Origin: an uncultured Acidimicrobiia bacterium
GTDB lineage: Bacteria; Actinomycetota; Acidimicrobiia; Acidimicrobiales; JACDCH01
NCBI GenBank assembly: GCA_963721305.1
Contig: CAVRIR010000002.1
Location: 174,000 to 237,999, forward strand
Length of the DNA stretch: 64,000 nt
Direction of reading: 5' to 3'
The position numbers and the translations under genes were made by a program. Position 1 is the first letter of the stretch. The number at the start of each line of letters is the position of its first letter. The notes beneath the pieces were generated by a model. The model made no database searches. It worked only from the letters and a program-made list of their open reading frames with translations, and was not told the DNA's origin. Below are positions 51,692-60,576 of this stretch, one piece after another.

Positions 51692-52677
51692 ACATCATCT
51701 TGAGCCGGTCGTAGTTCTCGATCACCTTGCCGGCGCCGAGCACGACGCACTCCAATGGCGCGTCGACCAGATGGACGGGGATCTCCGTCTCCTCGGCGAT
51801 GCGCAGGTCGAAGCCCCGCAACATGCCGCCACCACCCACGAGGTGCATCCCGCGCACGATGAGGTCCTGCGCCAGCTCGGGGGGCGCCTGGCCGAGGCAC
51901 GCGATCACGGAGTCGATCACCGCGACGACCTGTTCGTCGATGGCTTCGCGCACTTCCTCCGGGGAGAGGATGACCGTCTTCGGGAGTCCGCTCATCAGGT
52001 CGCGCCCGCGCACCTCCGCCTTGAACTCGTCGAGGGTCGGGTACGCGGATCCGATCGCGACCTTGATCTCCTCCGCGGTGCGCTCGCCCACCGCGATGCC
52101 GTACTCACGCCGGACGTAGATCTGGATGGCGTTGTCGACATCGAACGAGCCGACCCGCACCGCTTGCAGCGCGACGATGCCGCCGAGCGAGATCAGGGCG
52201 GTTTCGGACGTGCCACCGCCGATGTCGATGACCATGTTGCCGACGGGCTCCTGAATCGGGAGGCCCGCACCGATGGCGGCCGCCATCGGCTGTTCGATGA
52301 GCTGCGCGTCGGCTGCACCTGCACGGCGCGCTGCTTCCGTGACCGCGCGTCGCTCGACCTCGGTGATCGCAGACGGCACGCAGATGACGACGCGTGGACG
52401 GTTGAATCGGTTGACGCCGACGCGCTGCAGCAGCAGCCGGATCATCCGTTGGGTGATGTCGAAGTCCGTGATCGCGCCACCGCGCAACGGACGGACCGCG
52501 ACGATGTAGCCGGGCGTGCGCCCGATCATCTGCCACGCCTCGTGGCCCATCGCGAGTACATCGCCCGTCCGGCTGTTCAGCGCGATGACGGACGGCTCGT
52601 TCAGGACGATGCCGCGCGAAGCGCTCGTACACCAGCGTGTTCGCGGTGCCGAGGTCGATGGCGAGGTCGCGTGCCAG
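51672..52677 (-). CDS. mreB: Rod shape-determining actin homologue MreB/Mbl (frameshift near 52625)
   Basis: LAIDLGTANTLVY, EPSVIA, RPLRGGAITDFD, VIDIGGGTSE, LVGGGGMLRG. Confidence 0.9.
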
Positions 52678-52686
52678 AGCGGCGGC

Positions 52687-52854
52687 CTACCCGCGCTTGC
52701 GCTGTTCGCCCTCAGGCGACAACGCCTTCATCTCGCGCTGGAACGAACGCATGCTCGTCTTCATGTTCTGCGGCTTGTGGTTCACCGCAGTGAGGACCAG
52801 CGAGCCGACCACGATCACCGCGAGCGGAATCAGAAGGAACAGAAGAACGCCCAT
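52687..52854 (-). CDS. 55-aa single-TM small protein (below ORF-track cutoff)
   Basis: MGVLLFLLIPLAVIVVGSLVLTAVNHKPQNMKTSMRSFQREMKALSPEGEQRKRG*; GAGG upstream; fills the gap between moaE and mreB. Confidence 0.7.
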   Translation of the reverse strand: MGVLLFLLIPLAVIVVGSLVLTAVNHKPQNMKTSMRSFQREMKALSPEGEQRKRG

Positions 52855-52863
52855 GAGCGCGCC

Positions 52864-53358
52864 TCACCTCCCCAGTGCATGTTGGACTGCTTGTGGGACT
52901 TCCTGTGCCGGGACCAGATCCTGCGTGTCGTCGCCCCAGGCCTCGCCACCGTCCCACACCTCGTGCTTCCAGATGGGCACGGACGCCTTGATGGCGTCGA
53001 TGCAGAACCGCGCCGCCGCGAATGCGTCAGGACGGTGGGGGGACGACACCACGACGACGACCGCGGACTCGCCGATCGGCACGACGCCGACGCGGTGCAG
53101 CAGCGCGATCCGCCCGATGGCGGGCCATCTCGTCCGTGCCTCGTCGGCGACTGCCCGAAGACGGGGTACCACCTGCTCTTCGTAGGCCTCGTACGCCAGT
53201 TCACGCACACCCGGTCGATCGGGTGCGTGATCACGGGCGGTACCGCTGAACAGTACGAGCGCGCCGCAGTCGGGCCGCACGGCCCATTCGGTGGCGAGGC
53301 CGACTGGCAACGCTTCGGTGCCCAACCCCAACCACTCGTCCGACGTCGGTGGTCGCAT
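52864..53358 (-). CDS. moaE: Molybdopterin synthase catalytic subunit
   Basis: GALVLFSGTARDH, LAYEAY, LLHRVG, VSSPHR, KASVPIWKHE. Confidence 0.92.
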   Translation of the reverse strand: MRPPTSDEWLGLGTEALPVGLATEWAVRPDCGALVLFSGTARDHAPDRPGVRELAYEAYEEQVVPRLRAVADEARTRWPAIGRIALLHRVGVVPIGESAVVVVVSSPHRPDAFAAARFCIDAIKASVPIWKHEVWDGGEAWGDDTQDLVPAQEVPQAVQHALGR

Positions 53359-53407
53359 CGGCCCCAATCGTAGGTGAGACTGGGCCGCGGTCCCTCGGAG
53401 CAGGACG

Positions 53408-54595
53408 ATGTCTATCTTTTCGACCGTGCCCGACGACGAGAGTGACGACGAAGCGCCGTCGTTCGGCGTTCCGTTGCCACCTGATGACCGCCTGTGGCGC
53501 CATCCGTCCGAGCTGGGTCCCGTTGGCGGCTCGACGTCGGTCGCCGGCGACGAAGAGTCCCGCAAGCGCGCGAACATGTGGAGTGTCGCCGTCGTGGCGG
53601 GACTGGTCGGCGCCGCGCTGTCGCTCGGTGTCGTTGCCATGGCCGGTGCGTTCTCAGGAAAGGTCGTCGAGAGGCCGGTCGTCGAGAAGGTGCCAGTTCG
53701 TACCGTTAGTGACCTCGCGTCCGCCCCGTCGGGCGTCGTCGGTGTGACCAAGTCGATGGCACCCGCGCTCGTGAGACTCCAGGTCGACTCCAGCAAAGGC
53801 CCGGTCGTCGGGTCGGGCGTGATCTTCCGCAACGACGGCTACCTCGTCGCCGACTCGCACCTGGTGCAGTCGGCAGCCACGGTCCAAGCGATGCTGTCCG
53901 ATGGGCGTACGTTGCCCGGCACCGTGCTCGGCACCGACAAGTGGACCGGCGTGGCTGTGATCAAGATCGACGCCGCGCAGTTGCCGGTCGCGATGTTGGG
54001 ATCCGCGACGGACCTGCAGGTCGGACAGACCGCGATCGCGATCGGCGCGCCGGGAGGGACGACGGGGGGCCCGTCCGTCACCGTCGGCGTCGTCAGCGGT
54101 CTCGGCAAGGAGATCAAGAGCGTCGACGGCGTCGCGCTCCACGACATGGTCGCGACCGACGCGGCGGACGCGAGCGGCTCGACGGGCGGCGCGCTGTGTG
54201 ACGAAGACGGCGTCGTCGTCGGGCTTCTCACCTCCGTCACGCAGCCCGACGACACGAACCTCGACTTCGCCGCGCCGATCGACGTCGTGAAGTCCGCAGC
54301 CGAAGACATCATCGCAACGGGAACCGCGAAGCACACGTGGCTCGGGGTCGAGGGCGCCGACGACGGCGGCGGCGCGCGCGTGACCAAGGTCGTGGTCGGA
54401 AGTCCCGCGGCGCAAGCAGGTCTCGCCAACGACGATGTCATCGCGGCAATCGACGGAACCAAGGTCACATCGATGTCGGCACTACGGGTTTCGCTGCGAG
54501 GACACCACGCCGGCGACACGATCACGCTCGTGGTCATGCGGTCAGGTCAAGACATGACCGTGACGGCGACGCTGATCGACAAGACGCCGAGCTGA
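53408..54595 (+). CDS. HtrA/S1C-like trypsin-PDZ membrane protein with degenerate catalytic triad
   Basis: GSGVIF, ADSHLV, GTDKWTGVAV, TDAADASGSTGGAL, C-terminal PDZ. Confidence 0.85.
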   Translation: MSIFSTVPDDESDDEAPSFGVPLPPDDRLWRHPSELGPVGGSTSVAGDEESRKRANMWSVAVVAGLVGAALSLGVVAMAGAFSGKVVERPVVEKVPVRTVSDLASAPSGVVGVTKSMAPALVRLQVDSSKGPVVGSGVIFRNDGYLVADSHLVQSAATVQAMLSDGRTLPGTVLGTDKWTGVAVIKIDAAQLPVAMLGSATDLQVGQTAIAIGAPGGTTGGPSVTVGVVSGLGKEIKSVDGVALHDMVATDAADASGSTGGALCDEDGVVVGLLTSVTQPDDTNLDFAAPIDVVKSAAEDIIATGTAKHTWLGVEGADDGGGARVTKVVVGSPAAQAGLANDDVIAAIDGTKVTSMSALRVSLRGHHAGDTITLVVMRSGQDMTVTATLIDKTPS

Positions 54596-54616
54596 CGCGG
54601 CTCGCCGCGCCGCGGG

Positions 54617-55621
54617 TCAGCCGTGCCGCGCGTTGCGAGCGCGGCGCACGAGCGCGACCACACCGACCGCTCCCGCGGCAAGGGCTGCCGCTGCACCTCC
54701 GAGCGCCAGCTCTTGACGGCGTTGCGGACTGACCGTCGCCCACGGCGCGGGACGGTGGCCGGCAACGTACGCCTCCTCGTTCGTCGACGACGGCGACCAG
54801 CCCGCGGCCTTCAACCGGTCGTTGGCGATGACCCAGGGATGCACCGTGTACGGCACCAGTCCCGGAGGGGTCGCCGCCAGTCCCAGCTTCCAGCGTGTCC
54901 ACGCGACGCGGCGGGCGACGGGATCGGGGACCCGCAGCCGCGGCACACCGGCCAGGGCGCGCAACTGATCGCCGGGGATCCAGCCGTCCGGCGCGACGTT
55001 GAACGGACCGTCGAGCCGCTGGCGCCAGGCGACCACGACGGCCGACGCGAGATCGTCGAGGTGGACGTATTGCGCGGGCGGATCGTCCGATCCGGCGGGG
55101 CGCACCGCGGTCGTCGCTCTGACTGCGGCGGCCAACCATCCCTGCGCGTTCTCCGCGACCGGGATCGCAGGGCGCAGCACCGCCACGGTCACGCCGGGAT
55201 GATCGGCCTTCCACTCGACGGCGAGGCGCTCGCGCTCGGCCGCCCGCACCGCGAACTCGAGCTCGGCGTTGGGTCGTAGCGGCGCGTCCTCGGTCAACGG
55301 CACCGGGTTCGAGGGCCAAGCTCCGTACACGGTCGCGCTCGACAGCAGGACGATGGTCTTCGCCTCGATGCCGGCTGCGGCCTCGAGGAGCATCCGGGTC
55401 TCGGCGACGCCACCTTCGAGCTGAACGACTGCTGTCGCGCCTTCGAGGGAGGCTTTCAGCTCGTTCGCGGCACGGGCGTGATCGCCGTGATCGCCGTGAT
55501 CGCCGTGATCCTGGTGGGCGTTGACCTCGATGATGCGTGGGGCACCGTCTGCGTCCGCCAGCAGCGCCTTCACCCGTTGGCCGAGTGCGTCGGTCGAGCC
55601 GCTGAGGACGATCGTCGACAT
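54617..55621 (-). CDS. NAD-dependent epimerase/dehydratase-like protein with HGD-repeat insert
   Basis: LLSSATVYGA, EDAPLRP, QYVHLDDLA, GPFNVA. Confidence 0.75.
   Translation of the reverse strand: MSTIVLSGSTDALGQRVKALLADADGAPRIIEVNAHQDHGDHGDHGDHARAANELKASLEGATAVVQLEGGVAETRMLLEAAAGIEAKTIVLLSSATVYGAWPSNPVPLTEDAPLRPNAELEFAVRAAERERLAVEWKADHPGVTVAVLRPAIPVAENAQGWLAAAVRATTAVRPAGSDDPPAQYVHLDDLASAVVVAWRQRLDGPFNVAPDGWIPGDQLRALAGVPRLRVPDPVARRVAWTRWKLGLAATPPGLVPYTVHPWVIANDRLKAAGWSPSSTNEEAYVAGHRPAPWATVSPQRRQELALGGAAAALAAGAVGVVALVRRARNARHG
55478..55510 (-). repeat. 9-bp tandem repeat (GTGATCGCC)x3.7 encoding HGDHGDHGDH
   Basis: Direct reading of the sequence. Confidence 0.9.
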
Positions 55622-55638
55622 CGCCCTACCATGCCAAT

Positions 55639-56853
55639 GTGAGCGATCGAGGTCCATTCGATCCCGAGGGCGAGGATCCGTTCAAGGGCATCCCACTGTT
55701 CGGCGACCTGGCCCGGATGCTCCAGCAGCAGGGACCGGTGAACTGGGATGCGGCGCGCCAGTTGGCGGCTTCCATCGCCACCGAGGGCACATCCGAGCCC
55801 AACGTCGATCCCATCGATCGCATCCAGCTCGAGCAACTCACCCGGGTCGCGGAGCTACAGGTCGCCAACGCGACGACGTTGCCGACGTCGACGTCGGGGC
55901 GAGGGCTCACGGTCGAACCGGTCACGCGCACGCTGTGGATGCAACGCACGCTCGACGCCCACCGCGGCCTGTTCGAATCGCTCGCCGGATCACTCTCGGG
56001 CGGCATGCAGGTCGCCGGCCTCCCGGATGCCGACGATCCCGACTTCGACGATCCGATGGCGAAGATGCTCGGCGGCATCATGCAGGCGTTCAGCCCGGTG
56101 ATGCTCGGCATGACGATCGGCTCGCTCCTCGGCCATCTCGCCCGTCGCTCGTTCGGCCAGTACGACCTGCCTATCCCGCGTCCGCGCAGCGACGACCTGA
56201 TGATCCTGCTCGCCAACGTCGACGAGTTCGGCGGCGAGTGGAGCCTGCCGAAGGACGATCTCCGCTTGTGGGTGTGCGTCCACGAGGTGGCCCACCACAC
56301 GGTCCTGTCCGTGCCGCACGTGCACGACCGGCTGAACTCGTTGCTCAACCGCTACGTCGCGGGATTCGAGCCCGATCCGAACGCGCTCGAGACGCGGTTG
56401 GGCGATTTCGACATGTCCGATCCGTCGGCGCTCAACAAGCTGCCGGAGCTGCTCGGCGATCCCGAGGTGCTGCTCGGCGCGATGCAGTCACCGGCACAAC
56501 GCGAGCTGCTGCCGCAGCTCGAAGCGATCGTCGCCGTGGTCGTGGGCCACGTCGACTACGTGATGGACGCGATCGGTGAAGGTCTCATCGGTTCGTACCG
56601 GATGGTGACGGAGGCGCTGCGCCGCCGGCGGGTGACCGCTGATCCTTCCGACCGGTTCGTCGAGCGACTGTTCGGGCTCGAGCTCACGCAGGCGCACTAC
56701 GACCGCGGCAGCGCCTTCATCCAGGGCGTGGTCGAACGGGCCGGCACCGGGGCGCTCGAGCGGCTCTGGGTGTCCGAGCGCGAGTTGCCGACCCCGGCCG
56801 AGATCGACGCCCCCGGACTCTGGCTCGCCCGCATCGACCTCCCCCAGTCCTGA
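55639..56853 (+). CDS. Zinc-dependent metalloprotease-like protein (DUF2342, Rv3195-like)
   Basis: VNWDAARQLA, LWVCVHEVAH (HExxH), FVERLFGLEL, LPTPAEIDAPGLWLARI. Confidence 0.88.
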   Translation: MSDRGPFDPEGEDPFKGIPLFGDLARMLQQQGPVNWDAARQLAASIATEGTSEPNVDPIDRIQLEQLTRVAELQVANATTLPTSTSGRGLTVEPVTRTLWMQRTLDAHRGLFESLAGSLSGGMQVAGLPDADDPDFDDPMAKMLGGIMQAFSPVMLGMTIGSLLGHLARRSFGQYDLPIPRPRSDDLMILLANVDEFGGEWSLPKDDLRLWVCVHEVAHHTVLSVPHVHDRLNSLLNRYVAGFEPDPNALETRLGDFDMSDPSALNKLPELLGDPEVLLGAMQSPAQRELLPQLEAIVAVVVGHVDYVMDAIGEGLIGSYRMVTEALRRRRVTADPSDRFVERLFGLELTQAHYDRGSAFIQGVVERAGTGALERLWVSERELPTPAEIDAPGLWLARIDLPQS

Positions 56854-56883
56854 CCAACACGGGCGTCGCAAAACCTACGGGCG

Positions 56884-57376
56884 TCAGACGTCGAGGATGT
56901 CGGCCCGCACGAGACGGCCGTGGGACGCTTCGAGGATGCCGATGGTGTGGGTCGGCGCCATGCGCCGTTGCGTCGGCGAGCCGGGATTGAACAGCAACTG
57001 GCCCTCGATGCCGCGTTCGTTGAGCGGCATGTGGCTGTGTCCGAACACGACCACGCGCGCGCCGGGGAAACCGTCGGTGCAGGCGCGCCGCCCGTCCGGC
57101 ACGGGGACCGCTGTCGTGGACCATCGCGACCTCGATCCCGTCGAGGTCGATCACACGGCTGTCAGGCAGCACTCGGGCCAACCCGTAGTCGTTGTTGCCG
57201 AGCACGGCGTGCACCGGCGCGAACCCACGGAGCTCGTCGAGCAGGTCCTGGGCAAGCACGTCGCCCGCGTGGAGGATCACGTCAGTGTCACCGAGCGCGT
57301 CGTACACGGCGGCGGGCAACCGGCGCGCCCCGGAACCGGCCCGCACGTGCGTGTCCGCCAGGACGACGGCCCGCAT
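56884..57376 (-). CDS. Metallophosphoesterase, YfcE-like (frameshifted)
   Basis: LADTH, LHAGD, LGNND, VHDSG, FGHSHMP, LFNPGSPT. Confidence 0.85.
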
Positions 57377-58795
57377 CAGAACGTGGTCGTGCCGACAGCC
57401 GGCGTCGAGGGCGGCGTCGAGGGCGACGTCGAAGCCGAGGACGGGGTCGACGTCGAAGCCGACGGCGAGGTCGGCGGCGGAGCCGGTGGTGCGGCCGAGT
57501 CGACACGCCACGCCCGGCGGTACGCGTAGGCGCCGAACCCCGCGGTGATCGCGACGATGACGAACCCGACCCGCGCCGGGATGGGCACGATCACCGGCAG
57601 GAAGCCACCGATGACCCACAAGAGCTGGAACCGGGTCTCGAACCCCGCGAACGAGCGGCCGTAGTTCGCGTCGGGCGCGTCGCGCTGGACGATGGCGTCG
57701 AACGCCAGCCGCCCTGCGCTCGCACCGAGGCCGACGACCAGTGCGATGACGACCGAGCCGAGCAACCCGCCTTCCAGCGAGCAACCGACGGCGATCGCCC
57801 CGACGGCGAGCAGGCAGGCTGCGAGGATCCGCTCCTCTGACACCACCCGGCGCAGACGCGGCGCGACGAGCGCGCCCGCCAGCGCGCCGGCGATGCTCGC
57901 GACCAACACCGCGCCGAAGTGCCACGTGGGCGCGGTCGCCGGATGTCCTGTACCGACGTTCGGGAACCCGGCGGCATGTCGCACCGCTCGACCGATGGAC
58001 AGTCCCACTGGCACTGGCGCGTCGTTGCCACCACCCTTCAGAGCGAAGGCGAGCAGGAACGTCAGGAAGCCGACGATGCCGCGGAGCAGTCCCATCGCCT
58101 CGGCTGCGTGCACGATGCCGGCACCGCGCAGCTCGACCTCCTCCGCCGTGTCCGGCGGCTCGGGCGCGACCGCGGCCCGCGACAGGCGCGTCGCGAGGAT
58201 CGCCGCGGTACCGGACGTGATCGCGGCGCACACGAGCGCGGTCTCCGGACCGACGAACCTCACGATGAGCGCGGCCGGCGCGCCGACGACGAGGCCAACG
58301 ATGCCCGACACCAACGACAGGCGCGCGTTGGCGCGGACGAGCTCGGTGTCGTCGCTGACGACGGTCGGCACCAGCGCCGCTTTCGCGATGCCGTACGCCT
58401 TGCCCAGCACGAGTATCAGGAACGCGGCCGGGAACAGGAAGAGGTCGTTGACGTGCGAGACCATGAACACGCACACGAGCGCGCGCACACCGGACGCGAG
58501 CATGACCATGAACCGACGACCGCCCTTGATGCGGTCGATGGCAGGACCGACGAGCGGGGCGACGACGGCGAACGGCGCCATCGTGAGGACGAGATACAGC
58601 GCCACCTTGTCGCCGCGCCGCTCCGGAAGGGATCGAGAAGAACAGCGTGCCGGCGAGCGACACGGTCACGAACGTGTCGGTCGCGACCGAGAATGCGTGC
58701 ACGCGCGCCAGCCGGGTGAACGGCGTGACGGTGAACGCCTCGGCGACGCTCCGGCGCGGCGGCGTCATCGGTTGCCACGAGCCGGAGGCAGTCAC
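57376..58795 (-). CDS. MFS transporter (frameshift near 58610)
   Basis: SLAGTLFFSIP, YLVLTMAPFAVVAPLVGPAIDR, about 12 TMs. Confidence 0.85.
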
Positions 58796-58852
58796 GCCGT
58801 CAATGGTAAGTGCGCCCCGAGGAGCGCCGAACGCGTCCCCGACGTGGTGCGA

Positions 58853-60145
58853 TCAGCCGGCTTTGGGTTCGGCTGACGCCCCGTCGCGGGCATCCGATGC
58901 CGGGAGTGCGGGGCCGGCGGGCAGCACGAGCGAGAACGTCGATCCTTCGCCCTCGCTGGACTCGAGGCGCACGTCGCCACCGAGGCTGTCCGCGACGTGG
59001 CGGACGATGGCGAGGCCGAGACCGGTTCCCGGGGCGTCGGTCCGTCCGCGGTCGACGCGGTAGAAGCGCTCGAAGACGCGCTCGTGGTCGCGGGTGGGAA
59101 TGCCGGGGCCATGATCCCGGACCTCGATCGTGATCGTCTCGGCGTCCTCGCCGGACATGACGCGGACGTCGACCGACGAGCCCGGCTCCGAGTACTTCAC
59201 CGCGTTGTCGAGCAAGTTGAAGACGGCCGACACGAGTTGGCGGCGGTCACCCGTGACCGTGAGCGTGCGCCGCGCTTCGGCCACGTGAACGTCGATGCCG
59301 TGGTGCTCTGCCGACGGACGGACGTGCTCGACCGCCTCGGCCACGACGAGGTGGACGGGCACGGGCTCGCGCACCGGAGCCTGCTCCGCCTCGATGCGGC
59401 TCAACTCGAGCAGGTCGTCGATCATCCGCGCGATGCGCATGGCGTCGTGCACCAGGCGTTCCGAGAGCCGGCGGGCGACCACCGGATCGTCCTCCATGAC
59501 GAGCGTCTCGGCCACCAATGACAGCGCGGCGACCGGCGTCTTCAACTCGTGGCTCACGTTGGCGACGAAGTCGCGCCGCACGGCCTCGAGACGGCGGCGG
59601 TCGGAGACGTCGTCGATGACCGCGAGACCGCCGACGGTTCGACGTGCGTCGTCGATCGGGGTCACCGAAACGACGAGGGTGCGCCGCATCGGCCCGAACA
59701 GCTCGAGCGTGCGCTTCTCCGTCTTCCCGTCGACGGCGCGCCGCAACATGTCGTCGACGATGGTGCCGACCGGCCCGTCGCCGTACCGCTCCGCTTCGTA
59801 CTCGATGGCCTGTTGATTGCGGGTCAGGACATCGCCGTTCTCGTCACAGATCACGACACCCTGCGTGACCGCCTGCAGCGCGTTCGAGAGCCGGCCGGCC
59901 GATACCGTCGCTTCGCCGCGGGCCAGCACGGCGGCGTCCACCGCATGCTCGAGCCGCGTCATGTTCTTCTCCAGCCGCCGGCTCTCCGGGGACGGCGACG
60001 AGTCCTCGAGCCGCAGCGCGACGCCGATCACGCGCTGCACCTCCGCGCGACGGGCGCGCCACGCGAGCAGCACGACCGCGAGGAGCGCCAGCCCTGCAAC
60101 GACCGCGATCGCGATGGCCACCGCTTCGTTGATCCGTACGGTCAC
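58853..60145 (-). CDS. Sensor histidine kinase, SenX3/PhoR-like
   Basis: RRDFVANVSHELKTP H-box; NLLDNAVKYS, DHGPGI, FERFYRVD, GTGLGLAIV. Confidence 0.93.
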   Translation of the reverse strand: MTVRINEAVAIAIAVVAGLALLAVVLLAWRARRAEVQRVIGVALRLEDSSPSPESRRLEKNMTRLEHAVDAAVLARGEATVSAGRLSNALQAVTQGVVICDENGDVLTRNQQAIEYEAERYGDGPVGTIVDDMLRRAVDGKTEKRTLELFGPMRRTLVVSVTPIDDARRTVGGLAVIDDVSDRRRLEAVRRDFVANVSHELKTPVAALSLVAETLVMEDDPVVARRLSERLVHDAMRIARMIDDLLELSRIEAEQAPVREPVPVHLVVAEAVEHVRPSAEHHGIDVHVAEARRTLTVTGDRRQLVSAVFNLLDNAVKYSEPGSSVDVRVMSGEDAETITIEVRDHGPGIPTRDHERVFERFYRVDRGRTDAPGTGLGLAIVRHVADSLGGDVRLESSEGEGSTFSLVLPAGPALPASDARDGASAEPKAG

Positions 60146-60147
60146 CG

Positions 60148-60576
60148 CTACAACCTTCTCACGTGCGGCAGGCGATACGAATGCACCACTTCCACATCGC
60201 GGTCGTAGGTGAGGAGCTCAGCCACGTCGTCGACGCGGACCCAACGCAGCTCGTCGGTCTCGTCCGCCGGTTCGAACGGGGTCGCGTCCTCGATCGTCAT
60301 CGCCCAGTAGCGCACGACCTTGGCGCGCCCACGCCCGTCTGTGTAAGCGGTCGGGAGCAACTCGGCACCCAGCCGGCACCGCAGCCCGGTCTCCTCCTCG
60401 ACCTCTCGCACCGCGCACTGCTCGTCGGTCTCGCCCGGATCCCGTTTGCCCTTCGGCAACGACCAGTCGTCGTACTTCGGGCGGTGGACGAGCAGGATCT
60501 CGACGGCACCATCGGCTGCCGTCCGCCCGACGACACCGCCGGACGCGCGCACGGTGGCGCTCAGCTTCCTGACCAC
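60148..60576 (-). CDS. NUDIX hydrolase (MutT1 N-terminal-like)
   Basis: VHRPKYDDWSLPKG; Nudix box GETDEQCAVREVEEETG. Confidence 0.9.
   Translation of the reverse strand: MVRKLSATVRASGGVVGRTAADGAVEILLVHRPKYDDWSLPKGKRDPGETDEQCAVREVEEETGLRCRLGAELLPTAYTDGRGRAKVVRYWAMTIEDATPFEPADETDELRWVRVDDVAELLTYDRDVEVVHSYRLPHVRRL

Noticed and set aside
56717-58795. 692-aa ORF joining the MFS N-terminus to the phosphoesterase
   Set aside because: Two frameshifts place parts of separate genes in one frame; the middle is Arg-rich nonsense.
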